In this document: positions 8,427 to 17,841 of the stretch, in pieces
How positions within the stretch are numbered: position 1 is the stretch's first letter
Layout of the letters: the number at the start of each line of letters is the position of its first letter
Assembly: GCA_963768835.1 (NCBI GenBank)
Contig: CAVYJB010000002.1
Coordinates: 298,466-362,465 of the forward strand
DNA: 64,000 bases
Direction: 5' to 3'
Source: an uncultured bacterium
Lineage (GTDB): Bacteria; Patescibacteriota; Minisyncoccia; UBA6257; GWB1-50-10
Translations under genes and position numbers: made by a program
The notes under the pieces: model-generated
What the model saw: only the letters and a program-made list of their open reading frames with translations
The model's database searches: none
Told to the model about the DNA's origin: nothing

Positions 8427-11400
8427 ATGACGAAGGAGTCTTTTAAGAAAATCGTCGCCTCGGTCCTTGTGACCGTGGCAGCTTTTCTCTTTGCGACTCC
8501 GAGCGCGTTCGCTGCGGTCACGGTTACGGCGGCGACCGGGGGGAGCGCCATAAGCGCGGACACCAACACGACGAACGGCGTCGCCACGTGGACCACGCTT
8601 ACCGGGCCGACGATCACGGAAGCCACCAGCCGGGCCATAAGCACCGGCAGCGGGACGATCGTCTTGACCAGACCCTCGGGGTTTTCTTTCAGCACCAGTA
8701 CCGCAGTCACGGCAACTATTACGAGGGATGCGGGTTCCGGGAGCTGTTTTACCTTTTCTTCCAATACAGTGACGCCCACTTCGAGCACGATCACCTATAC
8801 CCTAACCGCAAGAGACAGCAACGGTAGCACACGATGCCATGTCACGTTTTCCAGTATCCAGGTCCGCCCGACCGCGGGCACACCCCTTGCTTCTGGGAAT
8901 ATCACCAACACTGGCTCCAATGCTTCAGTTCCGAGTGGGGCAACCGACTATGGAACACTGACCGAAGTCGCGGGCGCGAAGAATAAATTGGCCTATACGA
9001 CCCAACCCTCGACTACGGCGACCACGAGCGTGGACTTTACGACCAAGCCGGTCATCACGCTCCAGGATCAGTACGGAAATACAAGGATTTCAGACAGCGC
9101 ATCGACGATTACGTTGTCGCCCGTGCTCTCGAGCCAGGTCTGCGGAGGAACGGCCGGCAGCGGCACGCTCTCTTCAACCCCCGCAAGCGGCGCGGCAGTG
9201 ACCGCAGGGGTCATGACGTACACCGCCATGCAGTATTCCTTCGGCGAAGCGGTGAAAATCTGCGCCATATCTGCCGGAGTCACCTCTGCGCTGAGCAACA
9301 CAGTGACCGTTAACAACCCCATTCCCACCACCAGTAGTATTTCTCCTACCTCCACGGCCGCGGGCGGAACACAATTCACCTTGACAGTGAACGGCACGAA
9401 TTTCGTATCGAACTCTGTGGTGGACTGGAACGGATCGCCGCGAACCACGACCTTTGGTTCCGCGAACCAAGTCACCGCCACCATCACCGCCGCGGATATT
9501 GCAGCTGCGGGTATCGCCTCGGTCAAGGTGGTGAACCCTGCGCCCGGCGGAGGGACTTCGAATGTGCAAACCTTCACCGTTATCCACGCGGTCCCGACTC
9601 TCGCCTCCATTTCTCCGACGTCCACCAATCTCGGCGGAGGCAATTTCACCCTGACCCTTACCGGCAGCGGTTTCGACACGTCTTCCACTGTCGACTGGGG
9701 CGGGTCTTCAAGGGCAACTACATTTGTATCCTCAACCCAGCTCACAGCTACCATCCTATCTACGGATATCGCGGTCTCGGGTACCCATTCCGTGACCGTG
9801 GTGAACCCGACCCCGGGCGGAGGAACATCCGCCAGCCAGACATTCACCGTGGAGCACGCGGCACCGACCCTCACCTCTGTTTCTCCGACCTCGACGACTG
9901 CCGGAGGTTCCCAGTTCACGTTGACGCTGGTGGGCACCGGCTTCGATACCTCCTCGACCGTACAGTGGAACGGCTCTAGCCGCGCGACTACATTCGTATC
10001 TTCTGTCCAACTCACCGCGACGATTACTGCGGGGGATATCGCCTCGGCCGGAACTTCGACCGTAACCGTGGTGAACCCCACGCCCGGAGGAGGAACCTCC
10101 AACGCGCTGACGTTCACGATTCTCGCGGCCGCCTCGAAATTCGTGATTCTTAATCCGGGCGGTGACACGGCCGGCACTCCGCTCACGGTCACTGTTCAAG
10201 CGCAGGACAGCGGCAGCAATCTCGTATCGACCTACAACGGAGGCGTGACGCTCGTGGCGACGGGGACAAGCGTCACCGGGGGAGGGGTGGTGAATATTAT
10301 AAACGGGGTCGGTACGTCCACGGTTTCAACAAATGTTGCCCAAACGGTGGGGCTCACGCTTTCGGACACGCAAAGCACCGGTTTCAATGTTTCCTCGTCG
10401 CAGTTCGTGACATTCGCCCCGGGGCCGATTTCCGCCTTCACCCTCAACCATCCCGGTTCGATTTCGACCGGTGCGCGGGCCGCGTACGTGGTCGGCCGCA
10501 AAGACCAGTACAACAATCCCACGTCGGTGAGCAGCACCGTCGTGTATCTCTACTCCAACTCCACGAGCACCACCAAGTCGTTCTTTGACGCCGCAACCGG
10601 CGGCAACCAAATTTCCTCCACCACGATCCAGGCCGGCAGCACCTCCACTCTTTTCTGGTATTACGAGACCATCGGCGGGACCTATACCATCACCGCCTCC
10701 GACAATTCGACGGCTCCTGACGGTGCGGCGGGTATCGCCGATGCGACGGACAACGTGACGGTCGCTCCCGGTGCGGTCAAATTCGTCTTCGCCAATGCGC
10801 CTGCCTCCGCCAACGCCGGAGACACCGTCACGTTCAATGTGGAGGCGGTGGATTCTTTCGGAGCCGTCGACACCTCCTTCAACCAGGATGTGACGGTGAC
10901 GAAGACGGGGAGCGGGGCGCCGACGGGCGGAGGGCTCGTGACGATCATTAATGGTATGGGGACAAGCACGGTAAGCGACACGCTCGCCGAGACCGTTAGC
11001 CTCGCCCTGCAGGATACGCAGCTCACCGGGCTAAACGTAAGCTCGACGGCGTCGGTCGTCTTCTCGGCCGGACCGGCTACTCAATTTTCCCTCAACCACC
11101 CAGGCAACATGAACACGGGGACCCGTCTCGGCTATACGGTTTCCCGCAAAGACCAGTACAACAATCCCACGTCGGTGAGCAGCACCGTCGTGTATCTCTA
11201 CTCCAACTCCACGAGCACCACCAAGTCGTTCTTTGACGCCGCAACCGGCGGCAACCAAATTTCCTCCACCACGATCCAGGCCGGCAGCACCTCCACTCTT
11301 TTCTGGTATTACGAGACCATCGGCGGGACCTATACCATCACCGCCTCCGACAATTCGACGGCTCCTGACGGTGCGGCGGGTATCGCCGATGCGACGGACA

Positions 11401-12536
11401 ACGTGACGGTCGCTCCCGGTGCGGTCAAATTCGTCTTCGCCAATGCGCCTGCCTCCGCCAACGCCGGAGACACCGTCACGTTCAATGTGGAGGCGGTGGA
11501 TTCTTTCGGAGCCGTCGACACCTCCTTCAACCAGGATGTGACGGTGACGAAGACGGGGAGCGCGAGCGGAGGCGGACTCGTGAATCTCGTGAGCGGCGTC
11601 GCGACAGTCACCATTACGGATATCACGGCCGAAAATGTTGCGCTTGGCTTGCAGGATACGCAGTCAACCGGCCTCGGCGTGACAAGCGTTGCCACGATTG
11701 CGTTTCTCGCCGCGCCAACGCCGGCCTCGGCGTCGGCATCGGGAGCCGCGGCTCCGCAAGGCGCAGCGCAAGGCGTGAAGCCGGGGATCAACATCACCTT
11801 TTCGGGCTGGGTATATCCCGGAGCTTCCATTTCCCTCGTCCGCAAAGATCTGGGATTAGCACAGGCGCCCGTGCTGCAAACGGCGAGCGGAGCGTCCGAC
11901 GGAAGCTTCGCGGTAAATCTGAATAATATTACCCGGCTGACGGGGCAAACCTATCTCCTTATCTTCGCGGATGAGAACGGGACGGTCTCGGAGACAAAGG
12001 CATACAATATCGCGCAAGGGCTGGAGAATTTGGTTAACAACAACATGGTGATTGCCCCGACGGTAGGATTCAGCGGGAATTCCGTGGTGAGCAAGGGGAA
12101 ACCCATTGTCATACAAGGATATGCGACTCCCCAGGCCACAGTGACTGTTTCTGTCGACGGTACAAGCGTGGGCACGGTGACGGTAAACAATGTTTCCGGT
12201 CAGTATCGTTATGTGCTCGACACAAATAGCCTAGCAACGGGGCGGCATTCAGTTGGAGCCACCCAGACGTACGACAAAATCCAGAGCGACAACTCAAGCC
12301 AGCAATCGTTCACGGTGTCTCCTCTCGCCAATCCGAAACTCGACTTGAACGGCGACGGCGTGATTGACATCAAGGACGTAAGCATCTACCTGTCGTACCT
12401 TAAGAATCTTGCTGCGGATGCCACGGGTTACCACACGACCGACCCGAATCTCCTGCGAGTTCTGGATCTAAATGGAGACGGGAAGATCGACGCGCAAGAC
12501 ATTAGCATCTTGCTCCACGCGACTAAGCTGCAGTAG
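8427..12536 (+). CDS. Giant Ser/Thr-rich cell-surface protein with IPT/TIG repeats, 216-aa Ig-like repeats and a C-terminal dockerin module
   Basis: 1369 aa. Signal peptide (MTKESFKKIVASVLVTVAAFLFATPSAFA). At least 3 IPT/TIG-like repeats (SISPTSTAAGGTQFTLTVNGTNFVSNSVVDWNG...). A 648-nt repeat period includes a 419-nt perfect duplicate. The C-terminus has two canonical dockerin Ca-binding segments (DLNGDGVIDIKD ... DLNGDGKIDAQD). Confidence 0.9.
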   Translation: MTKESFKKIVASVLVTVAAFLFATPSAFAAVTVTAATGGSAISADTNTTNGVATWTTLTGPTITEATSRAISTGSGTIVLTRPSGFSFSTSTAVTATITRDAGSGSCFTFSSNTVTPTSSTITYTLTARDSNGSTRCHVTFSSIQVRPTAGTPLASGNITNTGSNASVPSGATDYGTLTEVAGAKNKLAYTTQPSTTATTSVDFTTKPVITLQDQYGNTRISDSASTITLSPVLSSQVCGGTAGSGTLSSTPASGAAVTAGVMTYTAMQYSFGEAVKICAISAGVTSALSNTVTVNNPIPTTSSISPTSTAAGGTQFTLTVNGTNFVSNSVVDWNGSPRTTTFGSANQVTATITAADIAAAGIASVKVVNPAPGGGTSNVQTFTVIHAVPTLASISPTSTNLGGGNFTLTLTGSGFDTSSTVDWGGSSRATTFVSSTQLTATILSTDIAVSGTHSVTVVNPTPGGGTSASQTFTVEHAAPTLTSVSPTSTTAGGSQFTLTLVGTGFDTSSTVQWNGSSRATTFVSSVQLTATITAGDIASAGTSTVTVVNPTPGGGTSNALTFTILAAASKFVILNPGGDTAGTPLTVTVQAQDSGSNLVSTYNGGVTLVATGTSVTGGGVVNIINGVGTSTVSTNVAQTVGLTLSDTQSTGFNVSSSQFVTFAPGPISAFTLNHPGSISTGARAAYVVGRKDQYNNPTSVSSTVVYLYSNSTSTTKSFFDAATGGNQISSTTIQAGSTSTLFWYYETIGGTYTITASDNSTAPDGAAGIADATDNVTVAPGAVKFVFANAPASANAGDTVTFNVEAVDSFGAVDTSFNQDVTVTKTGSGAPTGGGLVTIINGMGTSTVSDTLAETVSLALQDTQLTGLNVSSTASVVFSAGPATQFSLNHPGNMNTGTRLGYTVSRKDQYNNPTSVSSTVVYLYSNSTSTTKSFFDAATGGNQISSTTIQAGSTSTLFWYYETIGGTYTITASDNSTAPDGAAGIADATDNVTVAPGAVKFVFANAPASANAGDTVTFNVEAVDSFGAVDTSFNQDVTVTKTGSASGGGLVNLVSGVATVTITDITAENVALGLQDTQSTGLGVTSVATIAFLAAPTPASASASGAAAPQGAAQGVKPGINITFSGWVYPGASISLVRKDLGLAQAPVLQTASGASDGSFAVNLNNITRLTGQTYLLIFADENGTVSETKAYNIAQGLENLVNNNMVIAPTVGFSGNSVVSKGKPIVIQGYATPQATVTVSVDGTSVGTVTVNNVSGQYRYVLDTNSLATGRHSVGATQTYDKIQSDNSSQQSFTVSPLANPKLDLNGDGVIDIKDVSIYLSYLKNLAADATGYHTTDPNLLRVLDLNGDGKIDAQDISILLHATKLQ
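10496..10914 (+). repeat. Intragenic tandem repeat copy 1. 419 nt, 100% identical to 11144-11562.
   Basis: Identical nucleotide strings (aagaccagtacaacaatcccacgtcggtgagcagcaccgtcgtg ... gacggtgacgaagacggggagcg) sit at a 648-nt offset. Flanks are repeated at lower identity. Confidence 0.9.
11144..11562 (+). repeat. Intragenic tandem repeat copy 2
   Basis: See copy 1. Encodes KDQYNNPTSVSSTVVYLYSNSTSTTKSFFDAATGGNQ...VTVTKTGS twice. Confidence 0.9.
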
Positions 12537-12555
12537 GCTCCGGAACACTGCTATA

Positions 12556-14010
12556 ATGACTAGGATGCCAGGATATAAGAAGTTCATTGTTCTCCTTGCT
12601 GTCTTCTCCGCGTTTTCGTTTAGCGTTGCCAATGCAGCAACGACGCTCTTTTTGACATCGGACACGCCGCAGCCCGTCGTGGGCAATACGGTGAATGTGA
12701 CCGTTGATATCAATAGCGACCAACCTATCAACGCGGCGCAAGGAACCCTCTATTATCCGAGCGATATCCTCCAAGTGGAGCAGGTAACCCACGCAAGCTC
12801 CATCTTCGACATCTGGCTTGCGGAGCCGACCGTGAACGCATCCACCAGCCAGATCTCCTTTCTCGGCGGGAGCACCAACTCGTTCAGCGGTGGTTCGCTT
12901 CCGGTTTTTACCGTTGTGTTCCGGGTCCGCGGGGCCGGAAAGGGGACCGTCGGGTTCAATAGCGCCGAGGTGATAGCTGGCGACGGGACTGGTGCGAACA
13001 TCCTTTCCAGCTCAACCGACATGTCGGTTATGGCGGTTACGCCGGGCGCCACTTCGACGCCAGTGGCTGCCGCGCAAACACCCCCACCCCCGGTGCAGAT
13101 TAAGCGGCCCGCAGCACCCGCCGCAAAGTTGCCAGTCGCGCCGGTTCTTTCTGTGGGTCTATACCCGGACCAGAGCGGGTGGTACAACATCATCCGGAAT
13201 TTCTTGGTGCAGTGGCAATTGCCGCCGGACGTAAGCGACGTTGCGACCGCATTGAATCAGGATCCTCAATTCGACCCGACCGTTTCCGAGGGGCTATTCG
13301 ATAATAAAGTTTTTGGAGCCCTTCAGGAGGGTATTTGGTATCTGCATGTGCGCTTTAAGAACTCGGTCGGTTGGGGACCTACGACGCATTATCGGATCGG
13401 GATCGATACGACGCCTCCGCTACCGTTTATCGCCAAGATAAAAGAAGGGCCAGTGACGGAAGTATCGGCTCCGACGGTACAGTTTTCTACGCTGGCTCAG
13501 CCGTCGGGTATAGCTTTTTATCGGATACTGGTAGATGGAACCAGCGTAGGCATCTCCAGCAGCACCTCGTTTGTCCTCCCTTCGCTTTCTTTCGGTTTGC
13601 ATCAGGTTTCCGTACAAGCGGTGGACGATGCGGGGAACCTGACCGAGAGTCGGCTTTCGGTTACCATCTCCGAGCCGCCGTTCCTGGTGATTGCCGGCCT
13701 TAAGGTTACCGCTCCGATCTTTTTCCTGATCATTATCGGAGTTATTGTGATCGGAATTATCATCGGATGGGGGTTAGGGCGGAAGGTTAAGTCGCGGCGG
13801 CGAGCGCTTGAAACCATGGCGGTCCGAGACGTCGAACAATTGAGCAGTAATGTGATTAGCCAACTCGACGAGATTAAGAAACGGCTTGACGGTATGACGT
13901 CAACCGATTCCGCGCTGCGGATGGAAACGAGCAGTCTCGCCGAACAGGCGCGCGCCACCGCCGAGAAAATAAAGAAATATATCATGCAGGAGATTGAGAA
14001 ATTAAAATAG
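12556..14010 (+). CDS. Membrane-anchored cohesin-domain protein. Signal peptide, cohesin-like domain, one TM helix and a C-terminal cytoplasmic coiled coil.
   Basis: The ORF frame is open from 12472, but the likely start is ATG 12556 (MTRMPGYKKFIVLLAVFSAFSFSVANA). The cohesin-like region reads GNTVNVTVDINSDQPINAAQGTLYYPSDILQVEQV...ISFLGGSTNSFSGGSLPVFTVVFRVRGAGKGTVGFNSAEVIAGDG. TM helix: FLVIAGLKVTAPIFFLIIIGVIVIGIIIGWGLG. Coiled-coil tail. Starts 20 nt after the dockerin protein. Confidence 0.8.
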   Translation: MTRMPGYKKFIVLLAVFSAFSFSVANAATTLFLTSDTPQPVVGNTVNVTVDINSDQPINAAQGTLYYPSDILQVEQVTHASSIFDIWLAEPTVNASTSQISFLGGSTNSFSGGSLPVFTVVFRVRGAGKGTVGFNSAEVIAGDGTGANILSSSTDMSVMAVTPGATSTPVAAAQTPPPPVQIKRPAAPAAKLPVAPVLSVGLYPDQSGWYNIIRNFLVQWQLPPDVSDVATALNQDPQFDPTVSEGLFDNKVFGALQEGIWYLHVRFKNSVGWGPTTHYRIGIDTTPPLPFIAKIKEGPVTEVSAPTVQFSTLAQPSGIAFYRILVDGTSVGISSSTSFVLPSLSFGLHQVSVQAVDDAGNLTESRLSVTISEPPFLVIAGLKVTAPIFFLIIIGVIVIGIIIGWGLGRKVKSRRRALETMAVRDVEQLSSNVISQLDEIKKRLDGMTSTDSALRMETSSLAEQARATAEKIKKYIMQEIEKLK

Positions 14011-14038
14011 ACCCCTAAAACGTCCGTCGGCGGTCGGT

Positions 14039-14461
14039 TTGCCGGAGTGTGATATAATAAATCTGGTGAAAAAACTTAGTAGTGAAAAATACAAAATAGC
14101 TGTCATCGAGGACGATGAAGTCATGTCCAAATCGCTCGTGGGCGAGCTGGAGGACGCTGAATTCAAAGTGGTGACGGCCTTTAATGGGGAGGACGGATAT
14201 TCGCTGGTGCTGAGAGAGAAGCCCGATCTCGTTCTTCTTGATATCGTTATGCCCAAGATGGACGGGATGACGATGATGAAAAACCTGCGCGCGTCCGGTG
14301 AGTACGGCGAACACGTACCGATTATCCTCCTCACGAACTTGAACGCCGACGACAAGACCATGGCGGGCGTCGTTCAGAACGAACCATCCTACTATCTCGT
14401 GAAGTCGAATTGGACCGTTGCCGATGTCGTCCAGAAAGTCCAAGATCGGTTGAGTACGTAG
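14039..14461 (+). CDS. Single-domain response regulator, paralog of 7869-8273
   Basis: KIAVIEDDEV...LVLLDIVMPKMDG...SYYLVKS receiver motifs. The true start may be GTG ~14066. A TATAAT box at 14052-14057 lies inside the annotated 5' end. Confidence 0.85.
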   Translation: MPECDIINLVKKLSSEKYKIAVIEDDEVMSKSLVGELEDAEFKVVTAFNGEDGYSLVLREKPDLVLLDIVMPKMDGMTMMKNLRASGEYGEHVPIILLTNLNADDKTMAGVVQNEPSYYLVKSNWTVADVVQKVQDRLST

Positions 14462-14492
14462 GGGAGAGGAGCCTCAAGGAATCATTGAATAG

Positions 14493-14526
14493 AAAACCAC
14501 CTGTTGCGAGGTGGTTTTTGTTTTAT
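14493..14526 (+). terminator. Rho-independent terminator after the response regulator
   Basis: Stem aaaaccacc/ggtggtttt with an 8-nt loop, followed by a T-run (tttgtttta). Confidence 0.75.
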
Positions 14527-14579
14527 CCGTCCGCGCCGCATTAGCGGAGAGCTGTTTTTTTTGTTACCATTTTTCTGTG

Positions 14580-15206
14580 TATAAGGGATTTTTCACAAAA
14601 GAACACGTGAGGTCGCTCCTCGTCGCGTTCGTATTGCTGGGTCTCGCGATCGTATTCCAGTTCTATGCCTCCCTCTATTCCACGCGCGTCTCGAGCAATT
14701 TCGTGCATGACATCTTCCTTGATAACCTTCCCACCATCGACCTGAACGTGATTATTGTGGAAGGGGCGCTCTTAGCGATCGCCGGCACCGCCTTTCTCCT
14801 CGCCACAAAACCCCAGTATCTCATCTTCTCCCTGAAGGCGGTGGCGATTTTCATAGCGACCCGGGCGGTTTTCGTGTCCGTGACGCATCTCGGTATTTAT
14901 CCCGGACAAATCGGTCCCGATCCGACAGGGTTCTTCGACAACATCTACACCGGCCTAGGTCTTCAGGCGGGATACTTTTTCTCGGGCCATGTGGGGCTGC
15001 CGGTCCTGATGTCGCTCATCTTTTGGAAGGAACGGTTTTGGCGGTTCCTGTATATCGGGGCCGCGGTCGTCTTCGGCGCATCCGTCCTCATCGCCCACGT
15101 GCACTATTCTATCGATGTGCTCGCGGCCCCCTACATGACCTACTGCATCTTCAAGATATCACAGTACTTTTTCTCGGCGGACTATAAACTCATCACTGCG
15201 TCCTAA
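14580..15206 (+). CDS. PAP2-superfamily membrane protein (phosphatidic acid phosphatase type 2 / sphingomyelin-synthase-like)
   Basis: Polytopic. The SGHVG (PSGH-like) and HVHYSIDVLAAP (SRxxxxxHxxxD-like) motifs match PAP2 motifs 2 and 3. The start is uncertain (GTG 14580 or 14607), and the ORF frame overlaps the upstream terminator. Confidence 0.6.
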   Translation, partial: YKGFFTKEHVRSLLVAFVLLGLAIVFQFYASLYSTRVSSNFVHDIFLDNLPTIDLNVIIVEGALLAIAGTAFLLATKPQYLIFSLKAVAIFIATRAVFVSVTHLGIYPGQIGPDPTGFFDNIYTGLGLQAGYFFSGHVGLPVLMSLIFWKERFWRFLYIGAAVVFGASVLIAHVHYSIDVLAAPYMTYCIFKISQYFFSADYKLITAS

Positions 15207-15230
15207 GGGACCGCCATCGGAGCCACCACC

Positions 15231-15827
15231 ATGACGACCCTGTTGGCGAGAATTGGAGCGTACGCGGTCGCGTACCGGTACGGAGCCGTTTTCCTCCTCG
15301 CGGCCGTCGAGGGCCCGATGACGATGGTCGCCGGGGGCTTCCTGGTGCGACTCGGGGTTTTCAACCTGATCCCGCTCTACGCCTTCCTTTTGATGGGCGA
15401 CCTGACCGGCGACATCTTCTGGTATTGGGTGGGGCGCACGGGGGCACTCCCGTTCCTGGAGCGGTACGGGAGATTTCTCAGCGTCACGGACGAGATGGTG
15501 GAAAGAGTGAAGGGGATTTTTCAGCGGCACGGAGACAAGATCCTCTTTTTCTCGAAGATCACGATGGGGTTCGGATTCGCGCTCGTAACGCTTATGACCG
15601 CGGGTGCGACGCGGATTCCTCTGCGGAGATTCCTGTTTCTGAACTTCTCGGGAGGGCTTCTCTGGGTCGGGTTCCTCGTCGGTTTGGGCTATTTTCTCGG
15701 AAACCTGTATTCCTCGATCGAGGTCAGCTTCCAGTCACTTTCGATAGGAGCGCTCGTGGTCGTCCTGGGCGCGGCTCTCTACGGTTTCAGTCGGTTCATG
15801 CGCAGCTACTACGCGGTGCGTTTGTGA
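15231..15827 (+). CDS. DedA/SNARE-associated (TVP38) family membrane protein
   Basis: 198 aa. LLAAVEGPMTMVAGGFLVRLGVFNLIPLYAFLLMGDLTGDIFWYWVGR is typical of the DedA family. Confidence 0.8.
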   Translation: MTTLLARIGAYAVAYRYGAVFLLAAVEGPMTMVAGGFLVRLGVFNLIPLYAFLLMGDLTGDIFWYWVGRTGALPFLERYGRFLSVTDEMVERVKGIFQRHGDKILFFSKITMGFGFALVTLMTAGATRIPLRRFLFLNFSGGLLWVGFLVGLGYFLGNLYSSIEVSFQSLSIGALVVVLGAALYGFSRFMRSYYAVRL

Positions 15828-15905
15828 TTTCCGGGCGGTCGCGCAGAACCTTCTTCCGCGGGTGCCCGGCCCTTCGCCGAAGCAGCCGGCAGGGGAGCGA
15901 AGGCA

Positions 15906-15935
15906 TTGACAAATAGAGCACAAATATGCTATATT
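15906..15935 (+). promoter_or_regulatory. Sigma70-like promoter (ATTGACAAA -35, TATATT -10) with an embedded imperfect palindrome ATAGAGCA-N6-TGCTATAT
   Basis: ttgaca at 15906-15911 and tatatt at 15930-15935 with an 18-nt spacer. SD GGGAGG lies before ATG 15991. Very similar to the promoter at 45597. Confidence 0.6.
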
Positions 15936-15990
15936 CTGGCCAGCAGGGACATGATGGTTTCCATTCACAATTCCACCAGGGAGGTCTCCT

Positions 15991-16659
15991 ATGTACTTCC
16001 GAAGGAGGGTTCACACGAGTCCGCTCCGAGTCCGTGCCAAAAAGGTGCTCACGACGATTTGGAAATGCCTTCTTCTTTGCATCTGGCCCGTCCTGATCGG
16101 CGTCGCGGGTTCTCTTGCATGGTACCAGTGGCTTTTCAGAGCCGATATTCATTTCGAGGAAAAGCTCGAAGGCATCATCACGGCCGCGTGGATCCCCGAG
16201 TTCGGGATTCTCTACAGTTTGTTGGTGGCGATCGCCGTGAATACCGTATGGACGGAATACAAGTCTATGCGGACCGCGGTCAAACGGTACGATCTCGACA
16301 CGTTCATTGACCTCGTCGACGAAGACCTTTCCCCGCTGGTGCACACCATGGTGCTGGTTGCCTCATTCGCGGTGCTCGCGGGGTTTCTGCTCCTCAAGTA
16401 TCCCGGTCCATGGAGCGGGGGCATCCTCATCTTCGGCGTCACGTTTCTGCTCGCGCTCATGTACATCATGATTCTCGAGATCGATGATCCGTGCTCGGGG
16501 TTGTGGTACATCAAGAGCATTCCCGAGGAGTGGCTCGAAATCGACGCGAAAGAATACCGCAGGAAACGCTGCGAGGAAAGCCGCGCCCAGTACCTCAAGA
16601 AGAACGGCCACGCCAAACGGGACGGGGAGGCCCTCATGAAAGTCCTGCAGCACGGGTAA
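15991..16659 (+). CDS. Hypothetical membrane protein
   Basis: 222 aa with 4-5 predicted TM helices. Own promoter and SD. Confidence 0.6.
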   Translation: MYFRRRVHTSPLRVRAKKVLTTIWKCLLLCIWPVLIGVAGSLAWYQWLFRADIHFEEKLEGIITAAWIPEFGILYSLLVAIAVNTVWTEYKSMRTAVKRYDLDTFIDLVDEDLSPLVHTMVLVASFAVLAGFLLLKYPGPWSGGILIFGVTFLLALMYIMILEIDDPCSGLWYIKSIPEEWLEIDAKEYRRKRCEESRAQYLKKNGHAKRDGEALMKVLQHG

Positions 16660-16722
16660 CCCCTGCAGTTCTCCCAAACCATTCGGATGCGGCACGCCGC
16701 AGACCGACATTTTCTCACTATG

Positions 16723-16754
16723 AAGCCCAGCTTTGCTGGGCTTTTCCTTTGTGT
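16723..16754 (+). terminator. Rho-independent terminator
   Basis: aagcccagc-tttg-ctgggcttt followed by tcctttgtgtt. Confidence 0.7.
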
Positions 16755-16784
16755 TCCCCGCAGAAGTAACGTATTCTTTTGGTA

Positions 16785-17276
16785 ATGAGAACTCTCTCCG
16801 AAAAAACCTACCACCGCTTCTTCACCTGGGGCGTGGTCATTAAGGCGCTCATCAGCCTCGGTGAGATCGCGCTCGGCCTCCTATTCTACTTTTTCAGCCA
16901 GGAGGCCGTCCGCGCCACCATCCTGACGATCATCGGGACCGAGATGCACGAGGTGCCCCCCGATTTCTTTTCCAATCTGCTCCTTCGGGGGTTCCAGGAT
17001 TTCACGGTCACGTCCCAGTCGGTCTGGGCGTTCATCCTTCTCTCGCACGGCATCGTGAAAACATTTTTCATCGGAGGGCTTCTGCGCAACAAGGAATGGG
17101 CTTATCCCACATCCGCGGTCGTCTTCACCCTGTTCGTGTTCTACCAGCTCTACCAGCTGAGCTACGCGCCCTCCGTGTTCCTCTGGCTCATCACGATCTT
17201 CGATATCGTTCTCGTCGGGCTGATTGTACACGAGTACGTGCATCGGCGGAGACGCCGCGCGCTGGCGAGCGCGTAG
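16785..17276 (+). CDS. Small membrane protein (DUF2127-like)
   Basis: The ORF frame is open from TTG 16779; ATG 16785 gives MRTLSEKTYHRFFTWGVVIKALISLGEIALGLLFYF..., a 4-TM pattern resembling DUF2127. Confidence 0.5.
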   Translation: MRTLSEKTYHRFFTWGVVIKALISLGEIALGLLFYFFSQEAVRATILTIIGTEMHEVPPDFFSNLLLRGFQDFTVTSQSVWAFILLSHGIVKTFFIGGLLRNKEWAYPTSAVVFTLFVFYQLYQLSYAPSVFLWLITIFDIVLVGLIVHEYVHRRRRRALASA

Positions 17277-17361
17277 AGCGAGAAGCCGTGGAGCCCGTTG
17301 ACATTGCATGGGGGGTAGGGATAATCCAGAGAGAACATTCATAGACGAAGAAGGAGGGGCC

Positions 17362-17826
17362 ATGGGAAGGGTAGTGCGCATCTATATCGCCTCCGACAAA
17401 GGACAGCCGATGCAGGAGGTTTGGTCGGTGCGGGCGATTCCTGTACGAGGTCTCGAAGGCGATCGGTATATGCTCGGGCGCGGGATGTATTCCGATTCGA
17501 AGCGCCCAACGGTCCGGGACGTGTCGCTCATCGCGTTCGAGGCGATTGTGGCCGCAAACGCAGGACTCCCTCAACCGTTCTTGCCGAGCGAAACTCGGCG
17601 GAACATCGTGACGGAAGGCATCGACCTGAATCTTCTGGTCGAGAAGCGGTTCGTAGTGGGCGAGGTGCAGATGCGGGGCGTGGAGCTCTGCAGTCCCTGC
17701 AAACATCCCGAACGTCTCGTCGGGAAGGAAGGCTTCGAGAAGGCATTCGAGGGACGCGGCGGCCTGCGGGCAGCCATTCTTTCGAACGGAACCATTACCG
17801 TCGGCGATTCGGTTGACGTGGCATAA
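17362..17826 (+). CDS. MOSC-domain protein (YiiM-like)
   Basis: SD AGGAGG at 17348-17353 then ATG 17362. RNIVTEGIDLNLLVEKRFVVGEVQMRGVELCSPC matches the MOSC beta-barrel and conserved Cys. Confidence 0.8.
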   Translation: MGRVVRIYIASDKGQPMQEVWSVRAIPVRGLEGDRYMLGRGMYSDSKRPTVRDVSLIAFEAIVAANAGLPQPFLPSETRRNIVTEGIDLNLLVEKRFVVGEVQMRGVELCSPCKHPERLVGKEGFEKAFEGRGGLRAAILSNGTITVGDSVDVA

Positions 17827-17841
17827 CCACCCATTTTTAGA

